Origin: an uncultured Spirochaetota bacterium
Lineage (GTDB): Bacteria; Spirochaetota; Brevinematia; Brevinematales; JAOACQ01
NCBI GenBank assembly: GCA_963835575.1
Contig: CAWIGG010000004.1
Coordinates: 544,001 to 608,000 of the forward strand
Length of the DNA: 64,000 nucleotides
Direction of reading: 5' to 3'
The translations under genes were made by a program, and so were the position numbers. The notes under the pieces are model-generated. The model made no database searches. It was given only the letters and a program-made list of their open reading frames with translations, and was not told the origin of the DNA. Shown here piece by piece: positions 20,348 through 29,444 of this stretch (position 1 is the first letter of the stretch; each line of letters starts with the position of its first letter).

Positions 20348-22153
20348 TTATTTTCCGGATTTAATGTACTGGTTGTATTTCCCTCTTTTCGTATAATGCG
20401 TGTGCAGAAGTTCATGGGATTTAAGGCCGAGCGGTTCTATCAGGAACTCTTCATACAGAGCCGTGATAAAGGGGTTTTCGTGGGATTTTCTTTTGGGTTT
20501 CCCTTCGTCTTCCCTGTAAATGGCCTGGAGCCTTTTTTCCCGGACCTCATTATTTGTCGGCCTTGGCTGGCCGCCACCGCTGATACACCCGCCGGGACAG
20601 CCCATGACCTCTATAAAATGATAAGGCGATTTTCCCGCCGCGATCTGTTCCATCAATATTCTTGCTCCGACCAATCCGCTCGTAACGGCGATTTTGACTG
20701 TTATGCCGTCCAGAAAGCCGTATTCTTTCTTCGGATTTTCTATTTTTATTTCGGCTTCCTTGATTTTTTCAAAGCCGACAATGGGCGTGACATGCAGATT
20801 GGCGAAGGGCAGTTCCTTTCCCGTTACGATTTCATAAACGGTGCGGAGGGCCGCTTCCATCACGCCGCCTGTTACGCCGAAAATATCGGCCGCGCCGGTC
20901 GAATAACCCATGGGGTTATTGAACTGGCCTTCCGGCAGGGACCTGAAATTAACGCCGGCTTCCTTTATCATACGGGCCAGTTCCCGGGTTGTCAGGACGG
21001 CGTCCACATCTGGATAACCGCTGGCCCGCATTTCCGGCCTGGTTATCTCGAACTTCTTGGCGGTGCAGGGCATTATGGAAACAACAAAGATATCCTTCGG
21101 ATCTACGTTTATTTTTTTCGCGTAATAGGTTTTCGTCAGGACCCCGAGCATCATATGCGGCGATTTACAGGTCGAAAGATTATCCAGATGATCTGAAAAT
21201 TCATGCTCAATGTATTTGATCCAGCCGGGGCTGCAGCTTGTGATCATGGGAAGCTGCGGCTTTTTGGTTTTCCGGCCGCCTTTAAAAGTCTCCGTCAAAC
21301 GCTTGAGAAGTTCATGCCCTTCTTCGATGATCGTCAAATCGGCTGTAAAATTGGTGTCAAATACGTCGGAAAAGCCGATTTCCTTCAGGGCGCTGACCAT
21401 CTTGCCCGTGACAAGAGTGCCGGGTTCATAGCCGAATTCTTCGCCCAGAGCGGCGCGTATGGCGGGGGCCGTCTGAACGACAACCCTTTTCGTTTTATCG
21501 TAAAGGGCATTCCAGACTTTCTGCGTCGAATCATTCTCTTTCAGGGCATCCACAGGGCAGACAAGGGTGCATTGGCCGCAGTTCGAGCAGTTGACCGAAT
21601 TGAGGGGCAGTTCCGCGGCCGGGGCGATGATGGCGTTAAAACCCCGGTGCTGAAGACTGAGCACGCCGACGCCCTGTATTTCATTGCAGACTGTTACGCA
21701 CCTTCTGCAGGAAACGCATTTTGAGGCGTATCTGACAATGGCGGGGCTGGAATCGTCCAGGTAATCCTTGGACCTCTGGCCGTCAAAGCGGGAATCCTCG
21801 ATCTGTATTATCTCGCCCAGTTTCTGGAACTCGCAATTCTGATTTCTGACGCAGTTCAGGCAGTTCTTGGGATGATCGGAAAGAAGAAGCTCATAAATGA
21901 TTTTGACCGCCTTTTTAACTTTTTCCGATGTTGTGTAAACGGTCATTCCTTCCTTCACTTTTGTAACGCAGGAAGCCATCAGGCTTCTGGCCCCCTCCAC
22001 CTCGACCATACAGATCCGGCATGCCCCGGGGCCATGATTGCCTTCAAGATGGCAGAGGGTCGGTATGATAATATTATTCTGCTTTGCCGCTTCCAGTATG
22101 GTGGATTCTTCTTTTACAGCTATCTTTTTTCTATTAATCGTTAAATTAATCAT
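20348..22153 (-). CDS. hydA: [FeFe]-hydrogenase catalytic subunit (group A3-like)
   Basis: 2Fe-2S and 4Fe-4S domains; H-cluster motifs TSCSPGW, MPCTAKKFE, EVMGCPGGCISGGGQP. Confidence 0.95.
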   Translation of the reverse strand: MINLTINRKKIAVKEESTILEAAKQNNIIIPTLCHLEGNHGPGACRICMVEVEGARSLMASCVTKVKEGMTVYTTSEKVKKAVKIIYELLLSDHPKNCLNCVRNQNCEFQKLGEIIQIEDSRFDGQRSKDYLDDSSPAIVRYASKCVSCRRCVTVCNEIQGVGVLSLQHRGFNAIIAPAAELPLNSVNCSNCGQCTLVCPVDALKENDSTQKVWNALYDKTKRVVVQTAPAIRAALGEEFGYEPGTLVTGKMVSALKEIGFSDVFDTNFTADLTIIEEGHELLKRLTETFKGGRKTKKPQLPMITSCSPGWIKYIEHEFSDHLDNLSTCKSPHMMLGVLTKTYYAKKINVDPKDIFVVSIMPCTAKKFEITRPEMRASGYPDVDAVLTTRELARMIKEAGVNFRSLPEGQFNNPMGYSTGAADIFGVTGGVMEAALRTVYEIVTGKELPFANLHVTPIVGFEKIKEAEIKIENPKKEYGFLDGITVKIAVTSGLVGARILMEQIAAGKSPYHFIEVMGCPGGCISGGGQPRPTNNEVREKRLQAIYREDEGKPKRKSHENPFITALYEEFLIEPLGLKSHELLHTHYTKRGKYNQYIKSGK

Positions 22154-22154
22154 A

Positions 22155-25100
22155 TTACGCCCTCCTATCGCAGCGCAGGCAGCGCATGGATTCGGCTATG
22201 GCGTTCAGTTTGTGGAAACCGACAGACACTTCCTCGAAATTATTTTTCCTGTGCTCGGGGTCGATATATTTCATGGAAAATCTTTCATGCTCGATAATGG
22301 CTTTTTCCTCTGTCGCCTTCGGTATTTCAATGCCTTCGCCGGTATTGAGTGTCCCTTTGCCGCCGAGGTACCTGTCGATGGATTTAGCGGCGTTTTTCCC
22401 GTCGGCAATCGCCGTGATCACAATATCAGAGCCTCTGACAACATCGCCGCCGGCAAAAACACCCTTCAGGCGGGTCATATATGTAGCCTTATCCGTTACA
22501 AATGTGCCCCATTTTGTTACTTCGACCTCTTCTTTATTAATAAAGGGGAGATCGGAATACTGGCTGACCGCCAGTATGGCCGTATCGCAATCAATCATAA
22601 ATTCCGATCCTTCAATCGGAACAGGTTTTCTCCGGCCGCCGGAGTCATAACCTTTCAGTTCCATCTTGACGCACTCCATCTTTTCGAGTTTATCCTTTCC
22701 GATAAAGCGGACCGGAGCGGCTGATAGATATATTTTTATGCCTTCTTCAAGCGCATCATGGACTTCCCTGGGATCGGCCGGCATGGCTTCCATCTCGCGG
22801 CGGTAAAGAATAGTGACGTGCTTGGTGCCAAGCCTTATGATCACTCTTGCTGCGTCAATGGCCGTGTTTCCTCCGCCGACAACAATAACTTTTTCCCCTA
22901 TTTTTCCGAGTTTATTGAGATGAACATCTTTTAAAAAGTCCAGACCATGATAAACACCGCTCAATTCTTCCCCGGCTACGCCGATTTTATTGGAAAACTG
23001 CGTTCCTGTAGCCACATAAATCGCGTCATGCTTCTTCTGGAGATTGTTGAACTGCTTATCGGTATCAATCGCTGTGTTCAGATGGATCTTTACGCCGACA
23101 TGCTCTATTGCCGCTATTTCCCTTGCCAGTACTTTCTTAGGCAGACGGTATTCCGGTATGCCGAAGGCAAGTACGCCGCCGGCCACAGAAGCCGCCTCAT
23201 AAACATCCACATCATAGCCCAGCCTGGCCAGGTAATAACCGCAGGTCAAGCCTGATGGCCCGGCGCCGATGATGCCGACGCTTTTGCCCTTTTTCGGAAA
23301 GACAATATCGGTATAGGGCTCATCAACGCTCATGATCATATCCGCCACATAACGCTTGAGGTCCATAATGGCTATCGGTTCGTCCAGCTGCGCCCTTCTG
23401 CACTGGCTTTCGCATGGATGGGTACAGACCCGGCCGCAGACCGCCGGAAAGGGATTATCCCTGCGTATCAGATTATAGGCCTCGCGGATTTTTCCCACGG
23501 CCAGAAGCGCGATATAGCCGGGCACATTGACGCCGGCCGGGCATGCGTTCTGGCATGGCGATATGAAAAGGCTGCTGCAGACGCCGGCCCGGCAGTATTT
23601 CTTTTTGATATGTTCTTCGTATTCTTCCCTGAAGTATTTTATTGTGCTCAAGACCGGGTTCGGGCCGGTCTGGCCCAGACCGCAGACGGCGGTGTTTTTT
23701 ATCGTGTTGCCGAGTTCTTCAAGGAGCTCGATATCTCCTTCTTTACCTTCACCGCGTGTAATTCTTTCAAGTATTTCCAGCATTCTTTTGGTGCCTATCC
23801 GGCATGGCGTGCACTTGGAGCATGACTCGTCCTGCACAAAGTCCATGAAAAACCGCGCCACATCGACCATACAGGCGTCCTCGTTCATGATGATAAGGCC
23901 GCCTGAGCCCATAATCGTGCCGAGCTTGATCAGGTTGTCATAATCCAGCGGAACATTGAGATTTTCCGCGGTAATACAGCCGCCGGATGGGCCGCCGGTC
24001 TGCGCCGCCTTGAACTTTTTATTTTTAGGAATTCCGCCGCCGATGTCGAACACTATTTCTCCTAAAGTGACGCCGACAGGGACTTCCACAAGCCCTGTAT
24101 TCTGGATGTTGCCGGCCAGCGCGAACACTTTTGTACCCTTGCTGTTGCCGGCGCCGAATGTGGCGTACCACCTGCTGCCCTTGAGAAGTATCAGCGGGAT
24201 ATTCGCGAATGTCTCGACATTATTGATAATTGTGGGTTTTTTAAATAATCCTTCCTCAAAGGGGAAGGGCGGCTTCTGCCGCGGTTCGCCTCTTTTTCCT
24301 TCGATGGAGGCCATTAAGGCCGTTTCCTCGCCGCAGACAAAGGAGCCTGCGCCGATCCGGATCTCTATATCGAAATTGAAGCCGCTGCCGAGAATATTTT
24401 TTCCCAGAAGGCCGTAATCATGGGCCTGTTTGATGGCCAATTCCAGTCTTTCAACTGCCAGCGGATATTCGGCGCGGATGTAAACATATCCCTTCGAGGC
24501 CCCGATGGCGTAGCCTCCAATCAGCATGCCTTCGATGATCGAATGCGGGTCGCCCTCGATGACGCTTCTGTCCATAAAAGCGCCCGGGTCGCCTTCATCG
24601 GCATTGCAGACTATGTATTTCTGGCCCTTGGGGGCATTAAAACCGGCCTCCCACTTAACTCCTGTGGGAAATCCGCCGCCTCCGCGGCCGCGGAGCCCGG
24701 ATTCCTTAACTACCTTGATGACTTCTTCCGGCTTCATTTTATTCAGGACCTTTGAGGCCGCGAAATAACCGTCATTGGCGATATATTGAGACAGCGAAGA
24801 ATAGTCAATCTTGCCGCAGTTCCTGAGGACAACCTTGACCTGCTTTTTAAAGAAATCAATGTCCTCAATATAGGGAATGTATTTATTCGTTTTTTTATCA
24901 AAGTAAGTTTTTTCCTGCACCATCATTCCGGAAAGGAGATGGGAGGTGACGATCTTAGGAATATCCGAGGGTTCCAGTCTGGTGTAAAAGACGCTGTCCG
25001 GTTCGACGATCATGACAGGCCCGATGGCGCATGTGCCGATACAGCCGGTCAGCTTGACCAGAACGCTGTCCTGCAGGCCCTTTTCCTTTAATTCCCTGTC

Positions 25101-25247
25101 CAGCGCTTCCTTTACGGCCAGGCATTCCGAGGACACACAGCCGGCGCCTCCGCAGAGCTGGATTGTATATTTATATTTTCTGAGATGATCTATTGTCTGA
25201 TTCTTCAGATTAACCAGATCTTCCCCGGTTTGGATTTTTTTCTGCAT
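22155..25247 (-). CDS. hydB: HydB/NuoF-like flavin subunit fused to a GltD/NfnL-like oxidoreductase domain
   Basis: GRGGGGFPTG, NADEGDPGA, CGEET, then CGRVCTHPCE, GAGPSGL, GIPEYRLP, GGGNTAIDAAR, FAGGD. Confidence 0.9.
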   Translation of the reverse strand: MQKKIQTGEDLVNLKNQTIDHLRKYKYTIQLCGGAGCVSSECLAVKEALDRELKEKGLQDSVLVKLTGCIGTCAIGPVMIVEPDSVFYTRLEPSDIPKIVTSHLLSGMMVQEKTYFDKKTNKYIPYIEDIDFFKKQVKVVLRNCGKIDYSSLSQYIANDGYFAASKVLNKMKPEEVIKVVKESGLRGRGGGGFPTGVKWEAGFNAPKGQKYIVCNADEGDPGAFMDRSVIEGDPHSIIEGMLIGGYAIGASKGYVYIRAEYPLAVERLELAIKQAHDYGLLGKNILGSGFNFDIEIRIGAGSFVCGEETALMASIEGKRGEPRQKPPFPFEEGLFKKPTIINNVETFANIPLILLKGSRWYATFGAGNSKGTKVFALAGNIQNTGLVEVPVGVTLGEIVFDIGGGIPKNKKFKAAQTGGPSGGCITAENLNVPLDYDNLIKLGTIMGSGGLIIMNEDACMVDVARFFMDFVQDESCSKCTPCRIGTKRMLEILERITRGEGKEGDIELLEELGNTIKNTAVCGLGQTGPNPVLSTIKYFREEYEEHIKKKYCRAGVCSSLFISPCQNACPAGVNVPGYIALLAVGKIREAYNLIRRDNPFPAVCGRVCTHPCESQCRRAQLDEPIAIMDLKRYVADMIMSVDEPYTDIVFPKKGKSVGIIGAGPSGLTCGYYLARLGYDVDVYEAASVAGGVLAFGIPEYRLPKKVLAREIAAIEHVGVKIHLNTAIDTDKQFNNLQKKHDAIYVATGTQFSNKIGVAGEELSGVYHGLDFLKDVHLNKLGKIGEKVIVVGGGNTAIDAARVIIRLGTKHVTILYRREMEAMPADPREVHDALEEGIKIYLSAAPVRFIGKDKLEKMECVKMELKGYDSGGRRKPVPIEGSEFMIDCDTAILAVSQYSDLPFINKEEVEVTKWGTFVTDKATYMTRLKGVFAGGDVVRGSDIVITAIADGKNAAKSIDRYLGGKGTLNTGEGIEIPKATEEKAIIEHERFSMKYIDPEHRKNNFEEVSVGFHKLNAIAESMRCLRCDRRA

Positions 25248-25259
25248 GTTTATCCCCGC

Positions 25260-25757
25260 CTACTGAAAATTGACAAGCAGAGCTTTAAGCTTGTCAGGAT
25301 TGACCTGTTTATAAACCTTGTCGTTAATTGTAATAGCAGGCGCCAGTCCGCATGCCCCGATACAACGCATGACCTCAAACGAGAATTTGCCGTCCGGAGT
25401 TGTACTGCCGGGTTCAATTTCCAGGATTTCTTTCATTTTATCAACAATCTTTTTACCGCCCCGGACATAACATGCCGTTCCCATACAGATCTTTATCGTG
25501 TATTTGCCTCTGGGTTTTGTGGAAAAGAAAGAATAGAAAGTCGCTACGCCGTACACTTCCGACAGCGGTTTATTGAGCTTTTCCGCAATAAATTGCTGGA
25601 GTTCCAGCGGCAGGTAGCCGTAAATGCCCTGGGCGAGATGAAGTATTTGAATAAGACAGCCTTCTTTATTCTTATACTTTTCGATGACTTCGGCGATCCT
25701 GAGATATTTTTCCTCTTCTGTTTCCTGTGAGCAGACGCAGGGGGTTTTTTCCTTCAT
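25260..25757 (-). CDS. hydC: HydC/NuoE-like 2Fe-2S subunit
   Basis: VATFY, CMGTAC, RCIGACGLAP. Confidence 0.9.
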   Translation of the reverse strand: MKEKTPCVCSQETEEEKYLRIAEVIEKYKNKEGCLIQILHLAQGIYGYLPLELQQFIAEKLNKPLSEVYGVATFYSFFSTKPRGKYTIKICMGTACYVRGGKKIVDKMKEILEIEPGSTTPDGKFSFEVMRCIGACGLAPAITINDKVYKQVNPDKLKALLVNFQ

Positions 25758-25800
25758 AAACGTCCCTCCAATTTATGATATGAAATTAAGACATGAAAAT

Positions 25801-27207
25801 TTATTTTTTTAATTGGAGGTATTCGTCGATTGCTTTCGCGGCGGTCCTTCCGGCCCCCATTGCCGTGACGACTGTCGCGGCGCCGGTCACGATGTCGCCC
25901 CCGGCAAAAACGCCGGGCATGGCCGTGCGGCCTTTTTCATCGGCCTCAATTTCCCCATGTTTTTTAAATTTCAATTCTTTTGTTGTGCGCGCTATGATCG
26001 GGTTCGGCGTTGTCCCTATCGCGACGATGACTTCGTCCACTTCCATAATGAATTCGGAGCCTTTTATTTGGATCGGGCTCCTTCTTCCGGATTCGTCAGG
26101 TTCGCCCAGTTCCATTTTCTGGCATTCCATCGCTTTGACAATGCCGTTTTCATCGCTCAAATAGCGGAGCGGGTTATTAAGGGTCATAAACTCGATCCCT
26201 TCTTCATGCGCGTGATGGATTTCCTCAATCCTGGCCGGCATTTCATTTTCGGTACGCCGGTAAACGAGATAGACATGTTCCGCTTTAAGCCTTTTGGCGG
26301 TCCGCGCCGCGTCCATGGCGACATTGCCGCCGCCGATGACGGCCACATTACGGCCATGCTTCACCGGAGTATCATACTCATCGGGAAGATAAGCTTTCAT
26401 GAGGTTGACGCGGGTCAGGAATTCATTGGCTGAGTAAACCCCGTTCAAATTCTCGCCGGGGATGTTCATAAACTTCGGCAGTCCGGCCCCGGTGCCGATA
26501 AAGACGGCTTCATAGCCTTCCTGAAAGAGATCGTTTATAGTCAGCGCCCTTCCGATCAATACGTTTGTCACAAAACGGACGCCCAGCTTCTCAAGTAGGT
26601 CAATATCGCTTTTAACTATGGCTTTTGGAAGGCGGAATTCCGGGATCCCATAAACGAGCACGCCTCCCAGCATATGATAGCCTTCGAAGACGGTCGTTTC
26701 ATATCCCATTTTTACCAGGTCCGCGGCGCAGCTTAGACCGGCCGGCCCTGACCCGACAACGGCCACTTTTTTGCCTTTAGACGGCGCCTTTTCTTTTGTC
26801 AATTTATCAGTTCCGGTGTTTTTTCTATTATTGATCTCCCAATCGGAAACAAATCGTTCCAGGCGTCCTATCGAAATAGGCTCGCCGACCTTGCCGACAA
26901 GGCAGACGGCCTGGCACTGTTCCTCCTGCGGGCAGACCCTGCCTGTCACAGCGGGCAGAGCGTCGCTTTCATGGATGATATCGATTGCTTTTTGAAAATC
27001 CTTTTCTCTGATCGAGAGTATAAAAGCGGGAATATCTATTAAAACGGGACATCCGGCAATACATGGCTTATTTTTACACTGCAGACAGCGGCTCGCTTCC
27101 CGTATTGCCTCTTCTTCCGAATAGCCGTACGGCACTTCGTTGAAATTCTTTATCCTTTCCTGCGGGGGCTGTTCCCTCATTTTAACCGCTTCTTTAGCGA
27201 CTGCCAT
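25801..27207 (-). CDS. nfnB: NfnB (NfnL) large subunit / GltD-like NADPH oxidoreductase
   Basis: RCLQC, GRVCPQEEQC, GSGPAG, GGGNVAMD; paired with nfnA. Confidence 0.85.
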   Translation of the reverse strand: MAVAKEAVKMREQPPQERIKNFNEVPYGYSEEEAIREASRCLQCKNKPCIAGCPVLIDIPAFILSIREKDFQKAIDIIHESDALPAVTGRVCPQEEQCQAVCLVGKVGEPISIGRLERFVSDWEINNRKNTGTDKLTKEKAPSKGKKVAVVGSGPAGLSCAADLVKMGYETTVFEGYHMLGGVLVYGIPEFRLPKAIVKSDIDLLEKLGVRFVTNVLIGRALTINDLFQEGYEAVFIGTGAGLPKFMNIPGENLNGVYSANEFLTRVNLMKAYLPDEYDTPVKHGRNVAVIGGGNVAMDAARTAKRLKAEHVYLVYRRTENEMPARIEEIHHAHEEGIEFMTLNNPLRYLSDENGIVKAMECQKMELGEPDESGRRSPIQIKGSEFIMEVDEVIVAIGTTPNPIIARTTKELKFKKHGEIEADEKGRTAMPGVFAGGDIVTGAATVVTAMGAGRTAAKAIDEYLQLKK

Positions 27208-28036
27208 CTGAGCACTCCTTATGCCATCTGTCAAGGCAGGTTTTTTCCTCATGTTTATAAGAATCGAGGCGTTTCATTAATTCGGGGAAATCCACCTGGT
27301 GGCCGTCGAAATCCGGACCGTCCATGCAGGTGAAGTAAGTCTTTTGATTGACTGTGACACGGCAGGCGCCGCACATGCCCATGCCGCAGACCATGAGGGA
27401 ATTCAGGCTGACAATTGTCTTGATCTTATGTTCCCTGGTCATATCGGCGACCGCTTTCATCATAACGGCGGGGCCGATGGCGAAAATCCGGTCTATTTTT
27501 TCTTTTTTATCTATCAGCTCTTTCAGCATATCGGTCACAAAACCTTTTTTGCCGTAAGAACCGTCATTTGTCGCGACGATAAGCCTGTTCGAGACATTTT
27601 TCATCCTGTCTTCCCAGAAAACGAAGTCTTTGGAACGGTACCCGATGATCGCGGTGACATTATTGCCGGCTTCCTTTAAACGGCGCGCCAGCGGATAAAC
27701 CGGGGCGATGCCGATCCCGCCGCCGATGACGACGGCATTGCCGAAATTCTCTATTTCGGTCGGGTTGCCCTGCGGCCCGAGCAGGTCCAGCAGGTGATCG
27801 CCCGCATTCAGCCTGCCGAGCTGTGTTGTTGATTTTCCCAGTTCCTGGAAAACAAGGGTGATCGTTCCGTTTTTTCTGTCATAATCGGCGATGGTGAGAG
27901 GCACACGCTCGCCCTTTTCAGAGCCGCGCACAATGACAAACTGGCCGGCTTCGGCCTTTCTCGCGATAAGAGGGGCTTCGACTAAGGTATATTGTATTTT
28001 AGGAGCCATTGTATATTTTTCTTTTATTTTAAACAT
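27194..28036 (-). CDS. nfnA: NfnA (NfnS) small subunit, FAD/NAD and 2Fe-2S
   Basis: GERVPLTI, GGGIG, MVCGMGMCGAC...CMDGP. Confidence 0.85.
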   Translation of the reverse strand: MFKIKEKYTMAPKIQYTLVEAPLIARKAEAGQFVIVRGSEKGERVPLTIADYDRKNGTITLVFQELGKSTTQLGRLNAGDHLLDLLGPQGNPTEIENFGNAVVIGGGIGIAPVYPLARRLKEAGNNVTAIIGYRSKDFVFWEDRMKNVSNRLIVATNDGSYGKKGFVTDMLKELIDKKEKIDRIFAIGPAVMMKAVADMTREHKIKTIVSLNSLMVCGMGMCGACRVTVNQKTYFTCMDGPDFDGHQVDFPELMKRLDSYKHEEKTCLDRWHKECSDGSR

Positions 28037-28153
28037 GCTAATTCCCCATCTTTCAAGATGTATAGTCAAACACTAATTATACACTTGTTTGAATTAATAA
28101 TAAAGAAAATAAATAATTTATATTTTTGAATAAATGACTTGTATTAAATAAAG

Positions 28154-28180
28154 ACGGAGAGAGGCAAACAGCCTCTCCGT
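28154..28180 (-). terminator. rho-independent terminator after tRNA-Ala
   Basis: ACGGAGAGGC...GCCTCTCTCCGT followed by a T-rich tract on the minus strand. Confidence 0.65.
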
Positions 28181-28182
28181 AT

Positions 28183-28255
28183 TGGAGATGATGGGAATTG
28201 AACCCACGGCCCCTACAATGCCATTGTAGTGCTCTCCCAACTGAGCTACATCCCC
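28183..28255 (-). tRNA. tRNA-Ala(GGC)
   Basis: GGGGATGTAGCTCAGTTGGGAGAGCACTACAATGGCATTGTAGGGGCCGTGGGTTCAATTCCCATCATCTCCA; cloverleaf, G3:U70, CCA not encoded. Confidence 0.95.
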
Positions 28256-28260
28256 ATAAC

Positions 28261-28293
28261 AGCTGAAAGCTTAAAGCAGAAAGCTAAAAGCTT
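28261..28293. repeat. 7-bp tandem repeat AGCTGAA, 4-5 copies
   Basis: agctgaa agcttaa agcagaa agctaaa agctt, directly 5' of the tRNA. Confidence 0.6.
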
Positions 28294-28391
28294 ATAAACT
28301 CTATTTTTTATTGAATGATATTATATAAATGAGATGATAAAAATACAAATTATTACAAGAATTCTAAATCCGGAGATCAATAACTACCGCT

Positions 28392-28565
28392 TTATTTATA
28401 ACGGTAATACTTCTGAAGGCTTTTCCATGACCGGTCGTATGTTTTTTCACCCTCAGGGGTGAAAAAACAGGCGGGAAATTCGCCGCTGTCCCTGTGGTAA
28501 GCGATGCAGGCTTTGCAGTTTCCATGCCTCTCGCAGTCCGGGTATGTGCACCGGCAGGTGTCCAT
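28392..28565 (-). CDS. small Cys-rich protein (DUF6485-like), 57 aa
   Basis: Hand translation after AAGGAG RBS: MDTCRCTYPDCERHGNCKACIAYHRDSGEFPACFFTPEGEKTYDRSW... Confidence 0.75.
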   Translation of the reverse strand: MDTCRCTYPDCERHGNCKACIAYHRDSGEFPACFFTPEGEKTYDRSWKSLQKYYRYK

Positions 28566-28582
28566 ATTAACACTCCTTTATT

Positions 28583-28935
28583 TTAACCGCCAAAACACAA
28601 AGAACACAAAGAAACACCAACGGGGGTAGCCACAGAAATACAAGAGAGGTGAGGAGAAAGTTTCTTTTCAAATATAATAAACAATTAATTTAATAAAAAT
28701 TTTATAAATATTTTACACCAAACCTTTATAGATCTCTGTGGTCCTTGGTGGTTAATTATATATTACTATTAATATCAATCATCGAAACCATGATAATGAA
28801 GAACCATTAATTAACCAGACACCCAATGAATCCTCCTTTCCATGGTCTTAAGTTTCATTCAGTGGTTAACCTCCGTACACCCTTCCCGCCTTGTTAATTT
28901 TACCGCATTCGCGCTAATTCGCGTGTATTCGCGGA
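28583..28935. repeat. cluster of periodic repeat arms with no gene
   Basis: ttaaccgccaaaacacaaagaacacaaag paired with ctctgtggtccttggtggttaa; also gcattcgcgctaattcgcgtgtattcgcgg. Confidence 0.6.
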
Positions 28936-28964
28936 ATACCCGGTGTATAGAAATTCGGTTTTCT

Positions 28965-29444
28965 TTATTCCGAGGTGTTTTCACATTTAATAAATAAATC
29001 TATTAATTCATCAGCGCATTGCCTGACTTCTTTTGAGAGTATTTCACCCATATGTATATGAGCTTGCTGGACCCCGAGATAGAAAACGGGAGCCTTTGTG
29101 TCTTTTGAAAGGATTTTAGCGAGGGCCTTTATCGGGAAAGTATGGGTTGAGAGGATGGTATCGGGAATATTGTCTTCCAGGAGAAGCCGGGCCTCGCCCG
29201 ATCTTCCGCCGAAATCGGCCGCGTCGATTATCAGTATCTTTTCCGGTTTATATTGGACTGCTTTGTCGATGATGTTTTCGGGCTTGTTTTCCGCGTTGAG
29301 GAGTAAATAATTGGAGGATTTCAGCTTTTCAGCTATATATATCCCGACGCCGTCGTCAGACCTGTAAGTATTGCCTACTGTGATAATGAGCGTTTTTTTT
29401 GAGAGGACGGCTTTTATCTCCTTTTTCAGCTCATCGGTTAACAA
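28965..29444 (-). CDS. hydrogenase maturation endopeptidase (HycI-like)
   Basis: VGNTYRSDDGVG, IIDAADFG, STH; start reset to the TTG after GGAGG. Confidence 0.85.
   Translation of the reverse strand: MLTDELKKEIKAVLSKKTLIITVGNTYRSDDGVGIYIAEKLKSSNYLLLNAENKPENIIDKAVQYKPEKILIIDAADFGGRSGEARLLLEDNIPDTILSTHTFPIKALAKILSKDTKAPVFYLGVQQAHIHMGEILSKEVRQCADELIDLFIKCENTSE

Noticed and set aside
28183..28255. tRNA-Ala as the integration site of a genomic island
   Set aside because: No duplicated tRNA 3' end and no integrase found in the window.
28364..28573. 69-aa ORF from the track
   Set aside because: Wrong frame; the RBS-preceded Cys-rich 57-aa ORF at 28392-28565 is the plausible gene.
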